This document shows positions 39,601-51,600 of a DNA stretch of 64,000 nt, in pieces (within the stretch, counting starts at the first letter, position 1; each line of letters opens with the position of its first letter). The stretch is from an uncultured virus (IMG/VR IMGVR_UViG_3300027278_000006) (Duplodnaviria; Heunggongvirae; Uroviricota; Caudoviricetes), in IMG/VR virus record IMGVR_UViG_3300027278_000006, positions 62,001-126,000 of that record; one strand, written 5' to 3'. The position numbers and the translations under genes are program-made. The notes beneath the pieces were generated by a model. The model did no database searches. It was given only the letters and a program-made list of their open reading frames with translations, and was not told where the DNA came from.

Positions 39601-41030
39601 ACGAACGATGTTGCAGGTAATTCTACACTTGTTACTGAAGTATTTAAACCGACAGTTGTGTAAGTCTGAATGTCATAAAGATATAAATTCCAATTAGTAG
39701 CATTATTGGTATAAGAGGCATCGGTCAAACTAAAATTATATACTCTTGCGTTTCCGATAGTGGTTCCAGATCCCACAAATTGATCCAATAAATCTATTGT
39801 AAGTTTTTGTTTTGGAGTTCCGGATACTGTATTAACTCTTAGAACATTTCCCATTTCAAAAGGAACATTTACATTATCTACTCTTGCCGTATCTCTTGGT
39901 TTATCAATATCAATAATTGTTGTTGAAATTTTTTCTATATCATATCCCCTTACATAAGCCTTTCCTGGGGATATTTTTAAACACATCAAGTTCTCTGATG
40001 GTGAGTTTTTTTGTTCAGTTGTTTCGGTATTGAAAAATAAACCATTATTACCTAATCTATCATTTAAAGAATTATTTACAGATACATTAAAAGGTTCAAC
40101 AGTATAATCACCAGATTCGTCATAAGTTCTTTCTGCCATATAATCTTTGATTATATTATATTGACTTTTTTGTTCAATAATTTTAATTTTTCCATTTTCA
40201 ACTCTCAAAAGTTCAACAAAATCAGTATCGTTGAGGTCTGATATTAATTTCTTCGTTAGAGTTAAATCAATCTTAAATCTATCTGCTCCGGGTGCTGCAT
40301 AATTTGTAAATCCCTTAGATGGGTCATACAATGAACTGTCATCTCCAGCACTGAGAATTAATTCGTCAATTTTTAGTCCAACTCTATATGAGGGCGTATT
40401 TGTATAATTATCTAAGATTATAGTTTGTTTAGATACATTAACAAAATAACCTCTAATGAAATAAACTCCATCACCAATAGATGCAGAAGAACCTACGGAT
40501 GTTGCATTCAGTGCTATTAATGATGCAAATGGAGTTCCTGCATTAATGGTAGTATTACCATAAGTTATATTTTCTTCTGCAATTAATGATTCTCCATCTT
40601 CAAACGGATTAAACTGAAAATTATTATCAGAATCCAAATATTTTACATATATTGTTAAATCTTCTACATTTTCTCCATCGGGGAGGGAAACAAATTGAAT
40701 TATTGCTGTTGTTCCTGATATTTGCCCTGTTATTTTTTTACCAATAAAATTATTAATATAAAGAGAAATATCAACTCCAAAATTAGTTGGATTAAGTTTT
40801 ACAGAATTAAAATTTCCATCATAGGCAATATTTCCGGGAATAACTACCGATCCCTCTTTAAATATATGACTTCCAAAAGATTTTACCTGATCCTGCAAGA
40901 TAGATTGGAGAGTTGTTAATTCCCTTGCCTGTATTGGATATCCTGGTTTAAACAAGACTTTATAAAAATTCCTTTCAGAATCAAAGTCATCATAATATGG
41001 ACTGATGTTTAAATCTGTTTTCTGTGTCAT
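33660..41030 (-). CDS. Large virion structural protein (VrlC/DUF4815-like baseplate/fibre protein)
   Basis: PYYDDFD, LFKPGYPIQARELTTLQS, RTYDESGDY, RRYTMRDIG, RFKSGFFVDDF, DPLAQSF. Confidence 0.88.
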   Translation of the reverse strand: MTQKTDLNISPYYDDFDSERNFYKVLFKPGYPIQARELTTLQSILQDQVKSFGSHIFKEGSVVIPGNIAYDGNFNSVKLNPTNFGVDISLYINNFIGKKITGQISGTTAIIQFVSLPDGENVEDLTIYVKYLDSDNNFQFNPFEDGESLIAEENITYGNTTINAGTPFASLIALNATSVGSSASIGDGVYFIRGYFVNVSKQTIILDNYTNTPSYRVGLKIDELILSAGDDSSLYDPSKGFTNYAAPGADRFKIDLTLTKKLISDLNDTDFVELLRVENGKIKIIEQKSQYNIIKDYMAERTYDESGDYTVEPFNVSVNNSLNDRLGNNGLFFNTETTEQKNSPSENLMCLKISPGKAYVRGYDIEKISTTIIDIDKPRDTARVDNVNVPFEMGNVLRVNTVSGTPKQKLTIDLLDQFVGSGTTIGNARVYNFSLTDASYTNNATNWNLYLYDIQTYTTVGLNTSVTSVELPATSFVKGKSSGASGFAVSAGGASSTINLRQTSGTFSVGEQLIINGIDFPRTIRTVTAYSTEDIKSVKQTTTVSGLSTNFTANCFLERFRLPNGVSQGTISGGNTLVSPGKFFTGVKVGSIIRYQTTTGDESFNRVTAVPSSGTSLTIAGITTVSGVFDGAVANGTYSNILMGAPVIRNENSGFLYAQLPDPNVSSVNLSDSSLTISEQITGQGTNGSGVLEFNTSAISGISSVFFESFDQERYSIHYSGGGIGTITSDQFVLSGNTVTISGLSASQSNVVVNTTLVKNGIQSKVKTYNRSQPLNVTRSKYPQSGTGISSSIGDGLTYNQFYGLRVQDEEISLNYPDVVKIISVYESFDSSAPTLDRIQFGASANVSTNAIIGENIIGNNSKAVARVVSSPSTNILGVVYLNSERFTDSETVTFEESNITTEIEAITPGKYKDITNSYRLDKGQKDQYYDYSRIVRNKGTTEPSKQLLVVFDYYSVPSNDGGDVFTVLSYDKERFTHDVPFIGPRSVRSSDTLDFRPRVSIFTSDSSSPFDFASRTLSPTRILSPNESSLLGYDYYLARIDKLYLDRNKNFILEKGISSNTPKAPDKNDAVMEIATIKLPPYLYNPANAVVTLKDNRRYTMRDIGLIEDRVENLERVTSLSLLEVNTQTLQIQDADGNNRFKSGFFVDDFKNYSFINRGLSSIRVNTSTNEITPVISRNSLKSQIAPESAITDENLDFSENFKLLDPNVVKTGKAVTLKYESIGWIEQAFATTVENVNPFNVIVYSGDIKLSPEIDNWVRTIQLPDKNISITLNSSRTLTNNLTSNVSVTLTPINTQTSDTVNLPDIFGEGNFTTTVGSDQTQTSSTATNTTSNTATTENFDTVSNTDTTIRNVLISSSSESFMRSRNIQFSVSNIKPSTQFYQFLDGNSGVDFIPKLIEISNPSKAFVVGETVIGTSGGNNLISFRVAAPNHKYGPYNAPSTTYTINPYIRTESIASGYSQSSKVLNVDTVSLSEEAQGKYSGYLLRGMQLVGQTSGSVATVSDLRLISDNFGDLIGTFFLRDPNTVPTPTVRISTGTKTFKLSSSSTNDPGLPGSSDTSVAETNFNSDGTLEQWENTVTATTKNLTTKTVTNLTTNTTQSVTTINTHTRTTIQRFVDPLAQSFVVGGNIEAPDSSREGLATDDSNGAFLTAVDLFFAKKDSGNATVKVEIRTVELGTPTRIVIGNSVTLRPSEVNISSDASVATKVTFDEPIYLPPGREYAVVIISENSDQYEMWTAVMGEKTVNTKNLPDVNAVTYSKQFAMGSLFKSQNGSIWTANQYQDLKFKLYKAQFIENQPGTAFFYNPTLDESNGYVQRLGNNPLTTLPKTLTLGITTITNASLISDLSKGRKVAGSQPYVYGYVVGTGSSVATVGLTTGGSNYVTDSNVSTYNITGNGSGLVLSITATSGTISGTPIIVNPGNGYAVGDVVGIVTSTVGTGTSVRGRDAKITVTGNNNSIDTLYLSGVQGNTFTVGAGLSYYNNSNTIVSLASTTIRNSAPSTDQYSGNFIRVEHFDHGMYGNTNKLRIYNTESSTAPVVITSPITSTSTTIAIGDTSNFGTFEGVSVSGSNPGYVKIGNEIIKYQSIGSGFLGTITRGIDSTIPIDYNINTLIYKYELNGVSLRRINKTHDIDDLDIGLDGYYLQIDRTANGENRSTDGFIGANAANAPQLQFTSEATLGGSKVLATENILYSSVVPTYDIITPGSSTSVSAVIRSVSGTSASGSEISFLDNGFEPIQLNSLNTLKSMRLVCSKENETEYLNNLPRNKSFTTGITLSTTDSNLSPIIFLDTAFTEFISNRLNSPVSDYASDGRSNSILDDPHAVVYVSRSVNLVQPATSLKVILSAYRHESADFRVLYSLFRPDSSEVEQSFELFPGYDNLKSTASGLSVVDSSLNNGKPDSFVSSSLDNQFKEYEFTADNLGLFNGYVIKIVMSGTNQAYPPRIKELRTIAVR

Positions 41031-41035
41031 TTTTT

Positions 41036-42595
41036 TTAGAATTCCAGGATAATTTTAATGTCTTCTTTTTGCCTAATGTCTCTTGTTACCAGGGGTCTAT
41101 TATCAATATAAATTATATCTCCTGTCTTTTTATTTATCTCAGGATTTGCAAGACCTTCTGTAAAAGTTACCCCCAAGTCTATAACTTTACCTCCAACCGT
41201 AACCTTATTGGCATTAAATGACGTGTCTATAGATGCGGTAAATGTTCCATTTACACTTACAATATTTCCACCATTAGATTGGAAGTCATATACATTAGAA
41301 TCTGCACTAACTGTATTATAATCAGTTTCATCTTCATTTATACTACCGAAATATAAAGATCTATCCCTAAAATATTTTAAAACTTTAGTTTCACTGTCAT
41401 ATGAAGCTACATATCCCTTTGCAATTTTTCCATCTGCTCTGGTTTGTTCAATTTCCTCTCCAATAACTGGATTTCCACTAATTGATGTAGTAATTCCTGC
41501 ATATAGTGATGAATACTGATTTTCTGTAAAAACAACAGTATCCGAAGAAAATGTAGTTGGATTTTTTATAATTCCAACTTGAGCAAATTTAGTGTCCGTT
41601 GGAAAATCTTTAGTTGAATCGTCAAATCTGGCATATGCCAATACCTTATCTGTTCCCAATTCGGTATAAATGTCGTAACCATGCCCCTTTGATGGTGGAA
41701 TGATTGGTATTAGTTTTGCTGGATTTTGAAGACTGTCTATAGGTTGAAGACTTCCTAAATCAACAATTCCCCAAGTATATCCATAACCACCTGCAACAAC
41801 TTGAGTTTCAGTAATTTTTCCGCCACTTACTTTTATAGAAACTCTGCCGCCAACTCCATCACCAAGAATATCAACAGTTTTTACAACTTCACTATATCCA
41901 CCGCCACCAGATGCAATATATACTTTCTTAATTTGATTTGGATTTGTAGGTCCAGAATTTCCATTTTCCCTTACACTTACAATTTGAGAATCTGTTGATG
42001 TTTTCCAATCATTAGGAACAACAACATATTCTGTCGAATCAAACTTTATAATATCACTGGGAGAAACTGAAAAGAGATATTTCCAAATATAACCATCTCC
42101 ACTTGTTCCCGCTGCTGAAGGTTCCAAATCTGTAAATGTGGGCTCATCTTGGGATTTGCCACCTTTCAAACTAGTTCCAGAAGAACCATTATCTATACAA
42201 ATATAAATTCTAAAATCACTATTAATTACATAATAATTAGAATCATATAATCTACTTGAATTTGAATTTGGTGTTGGATTCTGAATGCTATAATCGTGCC
42301 TATACATCTCATATGATGTATTAGAAGTCCAAGTAACTTTTCTTATAAGTCTTCTAATATTACTAGATGTAATTTTTTTACCAAATAAAGATGTATCTCT
42401 ATAGTGTGAGGAATATTTCAAATTATCTGTTGGATTTGGGGCATTGGTGTTCCAATCAGTAGTTCTTCCAAATGCATCTTGTACTGGATTGTCCAAACCC
42501 AAAAAAACATAGTAAGAATCGTTACCACCAGTTACAGAATCTATAAAATTACTTGCATTTAATATTCTAAATTGATCCGTTACTATTGCCGCCAT
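41036..42595 (-). CDS. gp8: Baseplate wedge subunit (start MAAIVTDQFR)
   Basis: YYVINSDFRIYICIDN, DGYIWKYLF, GDIIYIDNR, QKEDIKIILEF; TATAAATA at 42612-42619. Confidence 0.9.
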   Translation of the reverse strand: MAAIVTDQFRILNASNFIDSVTGGNDSYYVFLGLDNPVQDAFGRTTDWNTNAPNPTDNLKYSSHYRDTSLFGKKITSSNIRRLIRKVTWTSNTSYEMYRHDYSIQNPTPNSNSSRLYDSNYYVINSDFRIYICIDNGSSGTSLKGGKSQDEPTFTDLEPSAAGTSGDGYIWKYLFSVSPSDIIKFDSTEYVVVPNDWKTSTDSQIVSVRENGNSGPTNPNQIKKVYIASGGGGYSEVVKTVDILGDGVGGRVSIKVSGGKITETQVVAGGYGYTWGIVDLGSLQPIDSLQNPAKLIPIIPPSKGHGYDIYTELGTDKVLAYARFDDSTKDFPTDTKFAQVGIIKNPTTFSSDTVVFTENQYSSLYAGITTSISGNPVIGEEIEQTRADGKIAKGYVASYDSETKVLKYFRDRSLYFGSINEDETDYNTVSADSNVYDFQSNGGNIVSVNGTFTASIDTSFNANKVTVGGKVIDLGVTFTEGLANPEINKKTGDIIYIDNRPLVTRDIRQKEDIKIILEF

Positions 42596-42614
42596 ATTGA
42601 TATTTTTTAAGTAT

Positions 42615-45600
42615 TTATAAAAGTTTTGGAAGTGCTCCGGTTTGTCTAATACCAACTCCTCTTCTTTGAATTGTTGCAAAAGTTGACAATCCAACATCTA
42701 CAGTATTTCCAGTCACTCCTATTGAAATTGCAGAACTTGATCTATTAAATCCAGACATTCTACCCCAAGAGAATTTACCTATGGGGTTTGATATACTTCC
42801 AGTAGATGCTAACCCAACCACAGATGTAGTTGATAGTATATTACAAGTAATAATTCCAGTAGTGCTAGTAGAAGAGATTTGATGAATATAGTAAATATTA
42901 TCTACAAAGGTTGTTCCAATTCCAACCACTGCAGAGTTAGAACTGTTGATAGAAGTTACTCCTTTTCCAACTCTTGTATCAAAAATATAAATTGGATATC
43001 CAGTTTGCAATTGAGGAAATCCAACAGGTCCTTCTAAAGTAAACTTAAGTGCTAGGGGATTTCCACCACTACCTGTCGTGGTTCCAATTCCAATAATAGT
43101 TCCAGAGAATCCATTTACTAGAGAAATATTTGTAATATTTTCATATATTGGATCTGGAAGTGGAACAATAACTTCTGGTGGTCTCCCAACACTGTAACCC
43201 AATCCGGGATTTATAATTGTAATTGGAGTTGTTAGAGATCCTGCAGCAGAGACTGCAATAGTTGCGGTTGCAGTAGACCCAATACCAATACCACCCATAG
43301 GTAATGAAGTCAAAATGCCAACTGTTGATGGTGCAGCAATCTTAACAGTAACTGATGCTCCAGTGTATCCACTTCCAGGGTTACTAATTGATAGAGATTG
43401 AATTGTTCCCGCAATAGAAACTATTGCAGTTATTCCAGCAGATACTGGATCAGCAACTCCAGAAAAAATTAAAGCATCAAATTTTTCTGGTGCTGTCAAA
43501 TCATAATTAAAGAATTCTGCATTATCTACAAATATTTCATCAGATGTAGTTGAAAAATCTTTGATAATTTTAGCAGTTGGATAAATTAAAGACTCAATAG
43601 AATCTCTAGTTTTATAAACATCTTCTCCGTTAATTTTCCTATCAACTTTTTGTTTAATCCAACTTAATGGTTTATTATTTTCTGAATCAACTCCTTGATT
43701 TGAATATAAATTAGTCTCAAACTTATCAGAGAATGATAAATCAAATATTGTCCTCTTATCTTGTGTTATTGTTCCGGGAATTGAATTATTTTTAAGAACC
43801 TGTACAGTATCACCTCTTTTTAGAGTTTCATTAATCGTATCATTTACAATAACATCGTCACCATCAGTACCCTTATAGAAGAAAATCGCAACATTATCCT
43901 CTGGTCTTGGAGCAGTTGTAAACACGAAACTAGTTCCACCATCAAATTCATAGGCAACTCCAGGATCTTGAATGACTCCATTTATGACAATTAATAGAGC
44001 ATTTGAAAGATTTATCTGAGAATCCTCAAGAGATTCAAAACTTAATAATTCATTATTATAGAATAATGGGAATCTTGTTCTAACTCCATCCTGATAATTT
44101 TTTACTGAATCTATATAATCAAACTCTCCAAACTGCCAAGCGGCAAAAGAATCTGAAAATGTATCAACTACTGTCAACTGGAACTCTGATAATGGAGATG
44201 CCAATCCTTTAGCAGTCACCAATCCAACTGGTTTAAATACATCCCCTCTTCGGAATGAGTAACCCTGTCTAGAAATACTAAATCTAGAAACTTCAAAGTA
44301 TGTTGATCCTATTCCAGTTGCAGAACTTGCTCCAACTTCAACATTGAGTAAAAGACCTATTCCAGTTCTTGTTGTTGCCCCAAGTCCCAATCTAGATACG
44401 CCAATTACACTTAAATTTTCATATGATGGTTCAGATACGAATACTTTAGGATTTGTGTATCCAGTTCCGCCACCAACGACAGTAAATGATAGAGTTCCAC
44501 CCGCTCCAACCGATGCAGTTATGATTGCTGTATCTCCAATATGATCACTTTGATATACGGAAACTCCCACCGAAACAACACCATTATATCCAGAACCAAG
44601 ATTATCAGTAGTTCCTAGTCCAACAGATACTATACTGCCCCCAGCACCAACTACGGCAGTTACTGCTGCCCCTACAAGAGGTGCATATCCAAGACCAATA
44701 GAAGAACCCAACGAAATAATTATCCCCCCTCTGGGGGTTTGATTTTGATTTACATCAAAATCTGAAGTAATAATTGTACCAGTACCAGAAGATGTAATAC
44801 CAGAGAATACTACGCTAGATATTCCAGAAACAGTATTTTCAATAATACTAAAATTATTTTGCGGATTATTAATAGTTGTTGGAGTTTGGAAAACACCGTT
44901 TATAAACAAAATTCCATTTCCTCCAGTGGTTCCTAGTCCTACAGTGTTTGCCCCACCAACAGTTAATGTGAAAGTTCTACCAATACCTGTAAATTGACTT
45001 GAAATATCATCATACAGTTGATTTGATGTGTAATCATTTCTCAAGAAAACTCTTCCCGTAAAATCAGAAGTTTCGAAAGTCAAATTACTAGAATCTCTTT
45101 CTATTTGTGGATTACCTCTTGGAGATTCGGCAAAGAAAATATTACTATCAACAATATTATAAGATCCTTTATAAATTCTTACTGAAGTAGTGTCTGTATG
45201 AGTTGTTGCCGATGATCCGACAAATGCTCTAGTGACTTCAACTAAATTAACATTTCCACTATTTGTAATAGGTCCAACATTAGTAGTTCCCAATCCAACA
45301 TTAATTATACCCATATATTCATTATCAATTTTTAGAATATCTTTTGGAATAATTGTAGATATTCCACTCAAGGCAAATATTGAAGAACCTGCACTTATTT
45401 GCCCACCATTACCAAGCAAATTATATGCTATTGGAGTAAATTGTAATGGGTATTGGGCAATATTGTCGATAGTAATAAGTGATTTTTCAAGTTTTTTATC
45501 CATTTCAAGTTGGTGTGCATTACCACTACCGTATGAAGTAAATGTAACTCCAATTCCTAGTGTAGCATAATCCTTTCTTGTGGATAATTTAAATGTATTA

Positions 45601-48600
45601 TCTGATAATTTTATAACATAAACATCAGATGGGAGTATTGTAGTTACAACACCTACAGAATTTAGAGTTGAACCAATTCCAACGGCACTGGCACCAACTC
45701 CAATAAATGTTGATTTTGGCGTATAGATAAGTTTTTCTAGATTACTAAAGAAATGATTTTGTATAGTGAATATTCCCGTTGATGGGTCTGGAGTTAATGG
45801 ATTTATTGGATTAAATCTTTTTCTAAAAATTTCAATTCCATTGGAGTTTAGATTAAAATTAGTTTTATTAATTCTACTTCCATTAATTGCATTATATAAT
45901 TTAATATCAATCGATTCTTCTACTGTTCCGTAACTTAAATTCGGAGCAGTATTTTGAATATCTAAAGTTGTATAGAAACATTGATTAAATGCTGAAATAT
46001 TAACCTTTGAAGTTATTGTTGTGTCTGGATAGAATTTTAGTATAAAATTACTACCAGAATATTCTCCACCAAAAGTTCCAATTCCATTTGTGCTTCCAAC
46101 AGAAAGAAATGGTGACTGTTGAACATAAATGTCAGTTTCGTCCTGTATTAACATAATTTGATGAAGAGCACTTGTTGATCCAACACTGACTTCCACCAAA
46201 GATTTAACTGCATTAAAATTAGATTTATCCAATGATATGACAGTTGATGCGGAAGAAACTGTGGATGAATAAGTTGATTGATATACTGCACTTCTTTCAT
46301 TTCCTGGTATTTGACCTGGAGATATAAATCTATATGCACCAGTTCCTACAGATGTTGTTCCAAACCCAACAACTTTTGACCTGACATTTACTGGATTTGA
46401 TGAATTATTAATATAATTTAATGATAAAATTCCAGAAGGAGAAATACTTGCCGTGAATATTCCTATATTATTACCGGAATAATAATTGCTGGAAAATTCA
46501 GAATCAAAATAATATTCTGAGATATAAGTATCATCGATGATAGTACTAAAATTGACGACAGTGCCAACACCAATTATGCTTGATGATGTAGATGCAGTGC
46601 CGATTTGAACAAATGTAGATCCAATGGCAACAATTGGTCTGTTAGTAATTGCGGCGCCAACCACACTTACAGAACTTACACCAACTATAAGTCCAGTTGT
46701 ATCAGCAACAAAAATTACAGTTGATCCAATTCCAACAGTTGAATTAATTGTTGTAGATAATAAGTTTACATATTCTTTATGATTCAAATAAACTTCAGCA
46801 AAGTTCATTTGAGTTGTTGCTGAACCAACAATCTGGACATTTAAATACAATGAAGAAAACTTATTAGATTCTACGGATACAAGTGAAGTTTGTATTCCAG
46901 ATGCCGCAGTTCTATTTGAACCGGTTAAATTGATGAATCCTACAGAAGTTGTCCCAATTCCTACTAAAGGAGAATTAAAATTACTATTAATTAGTTTAAC
47001 ATCATAATCAATATCGAATGGATTATTTGGAATAAATCTTAAGTAAGTATTATCATCCACATCGTCTTCAATTAATATAAATTTTCCTATTGGTTCTCCG
47101 GAGATATGTGTAAGTCCTACTCCAGTATTGACTAGAGTTGATTTTTCTGCCAAAAATGGATTACTTCCATTATTCAATAAAACTAATTCCGTTAATTGAA
47201 TTTCTGTATTATCAAGACTGGAAACCCGGACTAGTATATTGTTATAAGATACTCCAGAATTTAATTGTAGTAAATTGAGAAATTCACTTGGATTTCCATC
47301 GGAGTCGGAAAATTGTCGATTTATGTCATCTATTTTTAAAACTACATTACTTCTACACTCAATGTAATCAGTTAATTTTTTATTTTTTAATTTTAAGAAC
47401 TTTGAAGAAGTCCCAACTACATCAATATCTTTTACTAAATCAAAATCATAAATTGTATCTACTCGGTTTTCTTCTATTATGTCATAAATTATAGATGTAG
47501 CATTCTCAGAATTTATAGCACCAAAGTTTGTAGTTGATGTGATTCCAGTATCTGCAAAATTCTTCAATCCACTAGTATGGACTAAACTATTAACTGGTGT
47601 TCTTAATTCTTGATATGTAATTGGACTCTTTACCGTGTAGGAAAGATTCTGATAATAATCATTATTCGGAATAACTTGATTATCTTGATCTAATTTACCA
47701 ATATCATTAGACCATCCAATGTTTTTTTCAACTGAATAGTCAATCTTAAATCTACCGATACCAGATTCAATTTTATCTATTGTTGCTATATTTCCAGATT
47801 CTTTTCCTATAATAATTTCTCCAACAGACAACTCATAGGTTCCGGATACTTTAATAAATGAATTTTCATATGAAGAAATTTCTAAGTCTCTCTCAGTATC
47901 ATTTGAAATAAGTTTTTCTCCAACAATAAATTGAGATGGAATTTGAGTAACAGTAAATGATGGATAGTCGGTTCTTTTTATGATATTTCCAACAGAATCC
48001 TGAATTGTTTTTGCTATACCAGTATTTGTAGTTAATCCAGAAATATTGATTGTTACTGAATCGAGAACTCCAGCAGTATTAATACTCTGAATCTTGAAGA
48101 ATTTGTATCCATAGTCTTCAGAATTAAATCCAGTCCCTTCGGTACTAAATTTTTGAATTCCTTCCACAAATACTTGATCATTAGCACTAAAAGGATATGG
48201 TACAAAGGTAGAAAATCCTAAAGTTGGTGTTGTTATGAAGCAAGTAAATATTCCACTTGAAGAAGATTGAACTTGTTGAATACTAATTCCATTAGTGTTA
48301 TTGGTGGTGAATAATTGTACCGTTGTTTCTGGAAGACCATTTGGTTGCTGTATAATACTTATAGAATCAATAGAATTTCCTGATAGTTTTGCTTCCAATA
48401 TTCCACTATCAATTTTTTCTCCAGTGCTAGAATTCACAATTATTACAGATGGGGAATCAGTATATCCATTTCCGCCATTATTAACTGTAACAATACCAAT
48501 TGTATTTGAGTCTTTAATTGTGATTAGAGGAGATATGAATGCAACTGGTTGTAAAGTTTTATCTGAAGAATATTGAAATCCTTCATTGACAATTCTTACT

Positions 48601-51600
48601 TCTTTTGCATTGCCTATAGATGTCGATTTTGGAGTAATGTAAGCATCCTTTCCGTTCGCAGAATTAGATCCTACAAATGTTGGAAGTTTTTTATATCCAG
48701 AACCACCAGAAATAATATCAATTCTATCAATAGGACCTTTTGCCGATAATGAAGTAGTAGTATATTGTAATTTATCACACTCATTTTGAATATATGTTAA
48801 TTTTTCTGGTTTTTTAGATAAAGAAACATTAAATGTAGTTGCTCCTACACCAGAAATTATATAATTAGAACGATATACGCTATTCGCAAATAATATTTCG
48901 GAATAATTATTTACTTCTGTATCTGAAGTGCTAATGTACCCAGATTTTTCTAAATTGTAATATAACTTTGTTGGTAAACTTTCACTATAATTAATTGCCA
49001 GAGAGGCATTAGTGGAAACTCCTATAGTTCCAATGTCAGATAGTGTAAACAAATTAGAAGATGGAGTTGAAATAAATTCATTATTATAATCTTGATCGTA
49101 GTAAAGTTTAAATTTATATCCCGCTAAAGAATTATCTGATAAATTAAATATAAGGTTATTATTTTTAATTGATTCAATTTGGGGATTTATTAATGAAATA
49201 CTTTGACTTGAACCACCAGTTCCGGCAATACTTACTGTTGTTGGGGGAATGGTTTTAGAGTCTAGATATGTTTCAGAAAGTTTTATTGTGTTATCATTAA
49301 CTCGGTAAACATAATAAAATCCAGTTGATAATCCAGATGCAACTAAATTAGATGAATATAGAATTTTATCTCCAGTTTTTAAGTTATGCGAATTAATTGA
49401 AATGCTATTTGTTGATGTGTTAATTCCGGTTGAAGTAAATCCAATTGGATTGATTAAAATGTTTCCAGTTATTAAATCTCTTTTTACTCTAATGCCAGTA
49501 GAAGTTCCAATACCAACAGAAAGATTTGGTTCTATACTTAAACTAATAACATCTCCGCTAGAAAGTTCGTGAGAAGTTGATACTGAAACTGTAGATTTAA
49601 CTCTTTCAACCTTTCCAACTATTTGTGGGTATGTACTTTCAAATGAATACTTATCATTATCACTACCGTTAGTAATGAAGAATACTTCGGAAGAATTGAG
49701 AGTAGTTTTTATTCCAATTGTATTTTTATTTTTATTAGTTACATATACATTTTGAGGTAAATCAAATGTACCTGTACTTAGTGAAGTTGAAATTGATATT
49801 ACACCATTACCATTGCTCGCAAATATTACCTGCTGATTATTTTTAAATGGGTGATTTTCAATATAAATTCCTTGAGTTGGAACAGTTCTGGTAATATTAG
49901 AATCTCCAAATTGAAATGTTATTTTATTTGTAATTCCAGGTGTAGTACCAATTCCTACTGATTGTTTTGGATTGAAAAATACTTTGTCATTTACATTAGA
50001 TTCAAAATAATCTATTTTTTGTGAAATAATGAATGAATCTGGAATAAAGTTTATTTGAGTAGTTGCAGTGTGAGATACTCCGGTAGATCCTCTTTCTACT
50101 TTAAGTATATTAAGGTTTTTATATACTTCCAATACTGATAGTCTTTCACTACCTATTGCGATGCTACTTCCTATAGATACGGTTTCTGGAAGTTGTGTAA
50201 TATAAATTTCAGTTGTCAATCCTGATGTTGATGTTGATGGAATGTCCTTAAGAACATTTGAATAATACGAAGATACTCCAATCTTATATGAATTATTTAA
50301 CTTTGATAAGTTGGTTGAAAATCCTGAAACCATAACAAAATCATTATTGGACAAATTGTGATATGGTTTAATTGTAACTTTTACTTCCCCTCCAGCATTA
50401 TATGTAAAAATAGAATTTTCATAAGTTTCTATAGAAGTATCTATTTTTGTAATATCTTTTCCTTCTATTGAAGATACTCTTGCAATCAATCCACCTCCAG
50501 AAGTGCCACTATCGTTGAAATTTAAAATATCATTAACTTTATAATCAGATCCAGAATTAATAATATCAAAAGAACTTACAAATCCTTCAGATACCGACTC
50601 AACAATCGACTCTTGTGATGTAATTTCATTAGTCTCTACTATAAAATCATTTTTTGCATAATTATCGGATACTTTATACGGTAAGGTATTTCTAAGTAAA
50701 TTTGAGTTGTTAAAATCAAATGTTTGGTTTAAAGTATAGTTTTCATTTATGGTATTAGATCTATATTTGTTTCCTATAAAATATGGGAATTGTGAAGTGA
50801 AAGAGGTTGGGTTAATAGTTGCAAAATATGCATAAACTCCATTTGGAAATTCTGGTGTTTTTCCAAATCTTCCATTATTTTCATCCAAATCTCCAGAATT
50901 TGTGTATTTGTAATCTTCAACAAAGAACCCTAACGGCAATTCTGGTCTATCAATAATGTTAGAAGAACTTAATGTATATCCAGAAGTTAAAATTTTAGGA
51001 GTAGAATTGGTATCCTCCGGATTAGAATATCCATATGCTCCATATATTGGATTTCCATCATATGCCCACCCAATTATATTAGAAACCTGAGATCCACTAT
51101 CACCAAATGAAGTTCTTAAGTTTTCAAAATATCCACAAACAGAATACTGCAATTGATTTTCAGTTTCTATTAAAATTTCATCACCAAACTTTAAGTTATT
51201 ATTAACTGTTAAATCTCTAATATTGGCACTTAAAATTGCATTAGAACCTGAAGGATTTACTTTAATTATTGTTGAGGTGCTTGAGTATCCAATTCCCGGA
51301 TTTACTATCTTAATATCTGTTATTTTTTGGTTAGTAATGACTGGTCTTAAATCTGCTCCGGATCCGGCACCGGTTAAATCTGTTACAACCAAATCAGGAG
51401 TTGAATAATAATCAACCCCACCATATTGAATATTTACGGAATTAATTTGACCATTTACAATAATTGGTTTTAATTTTGCCTCCTTTCCGGTTTTTATCGT
51501 TATTAATGGTCTTCTCTCAAGATTTACAATTGTCGATCCATATCCAGTTCCACTTTCATATAGATAAGCATCTATAATATTACCTTTAACAATAGGAGTT

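Noticed and set aside
42596..42697. N-terminal extension of gp8 overlapping gp7
   Set aside because: The late promoter at 42612-42619 and the typical MAAIVTDQFR start indicate the ATG at 42595
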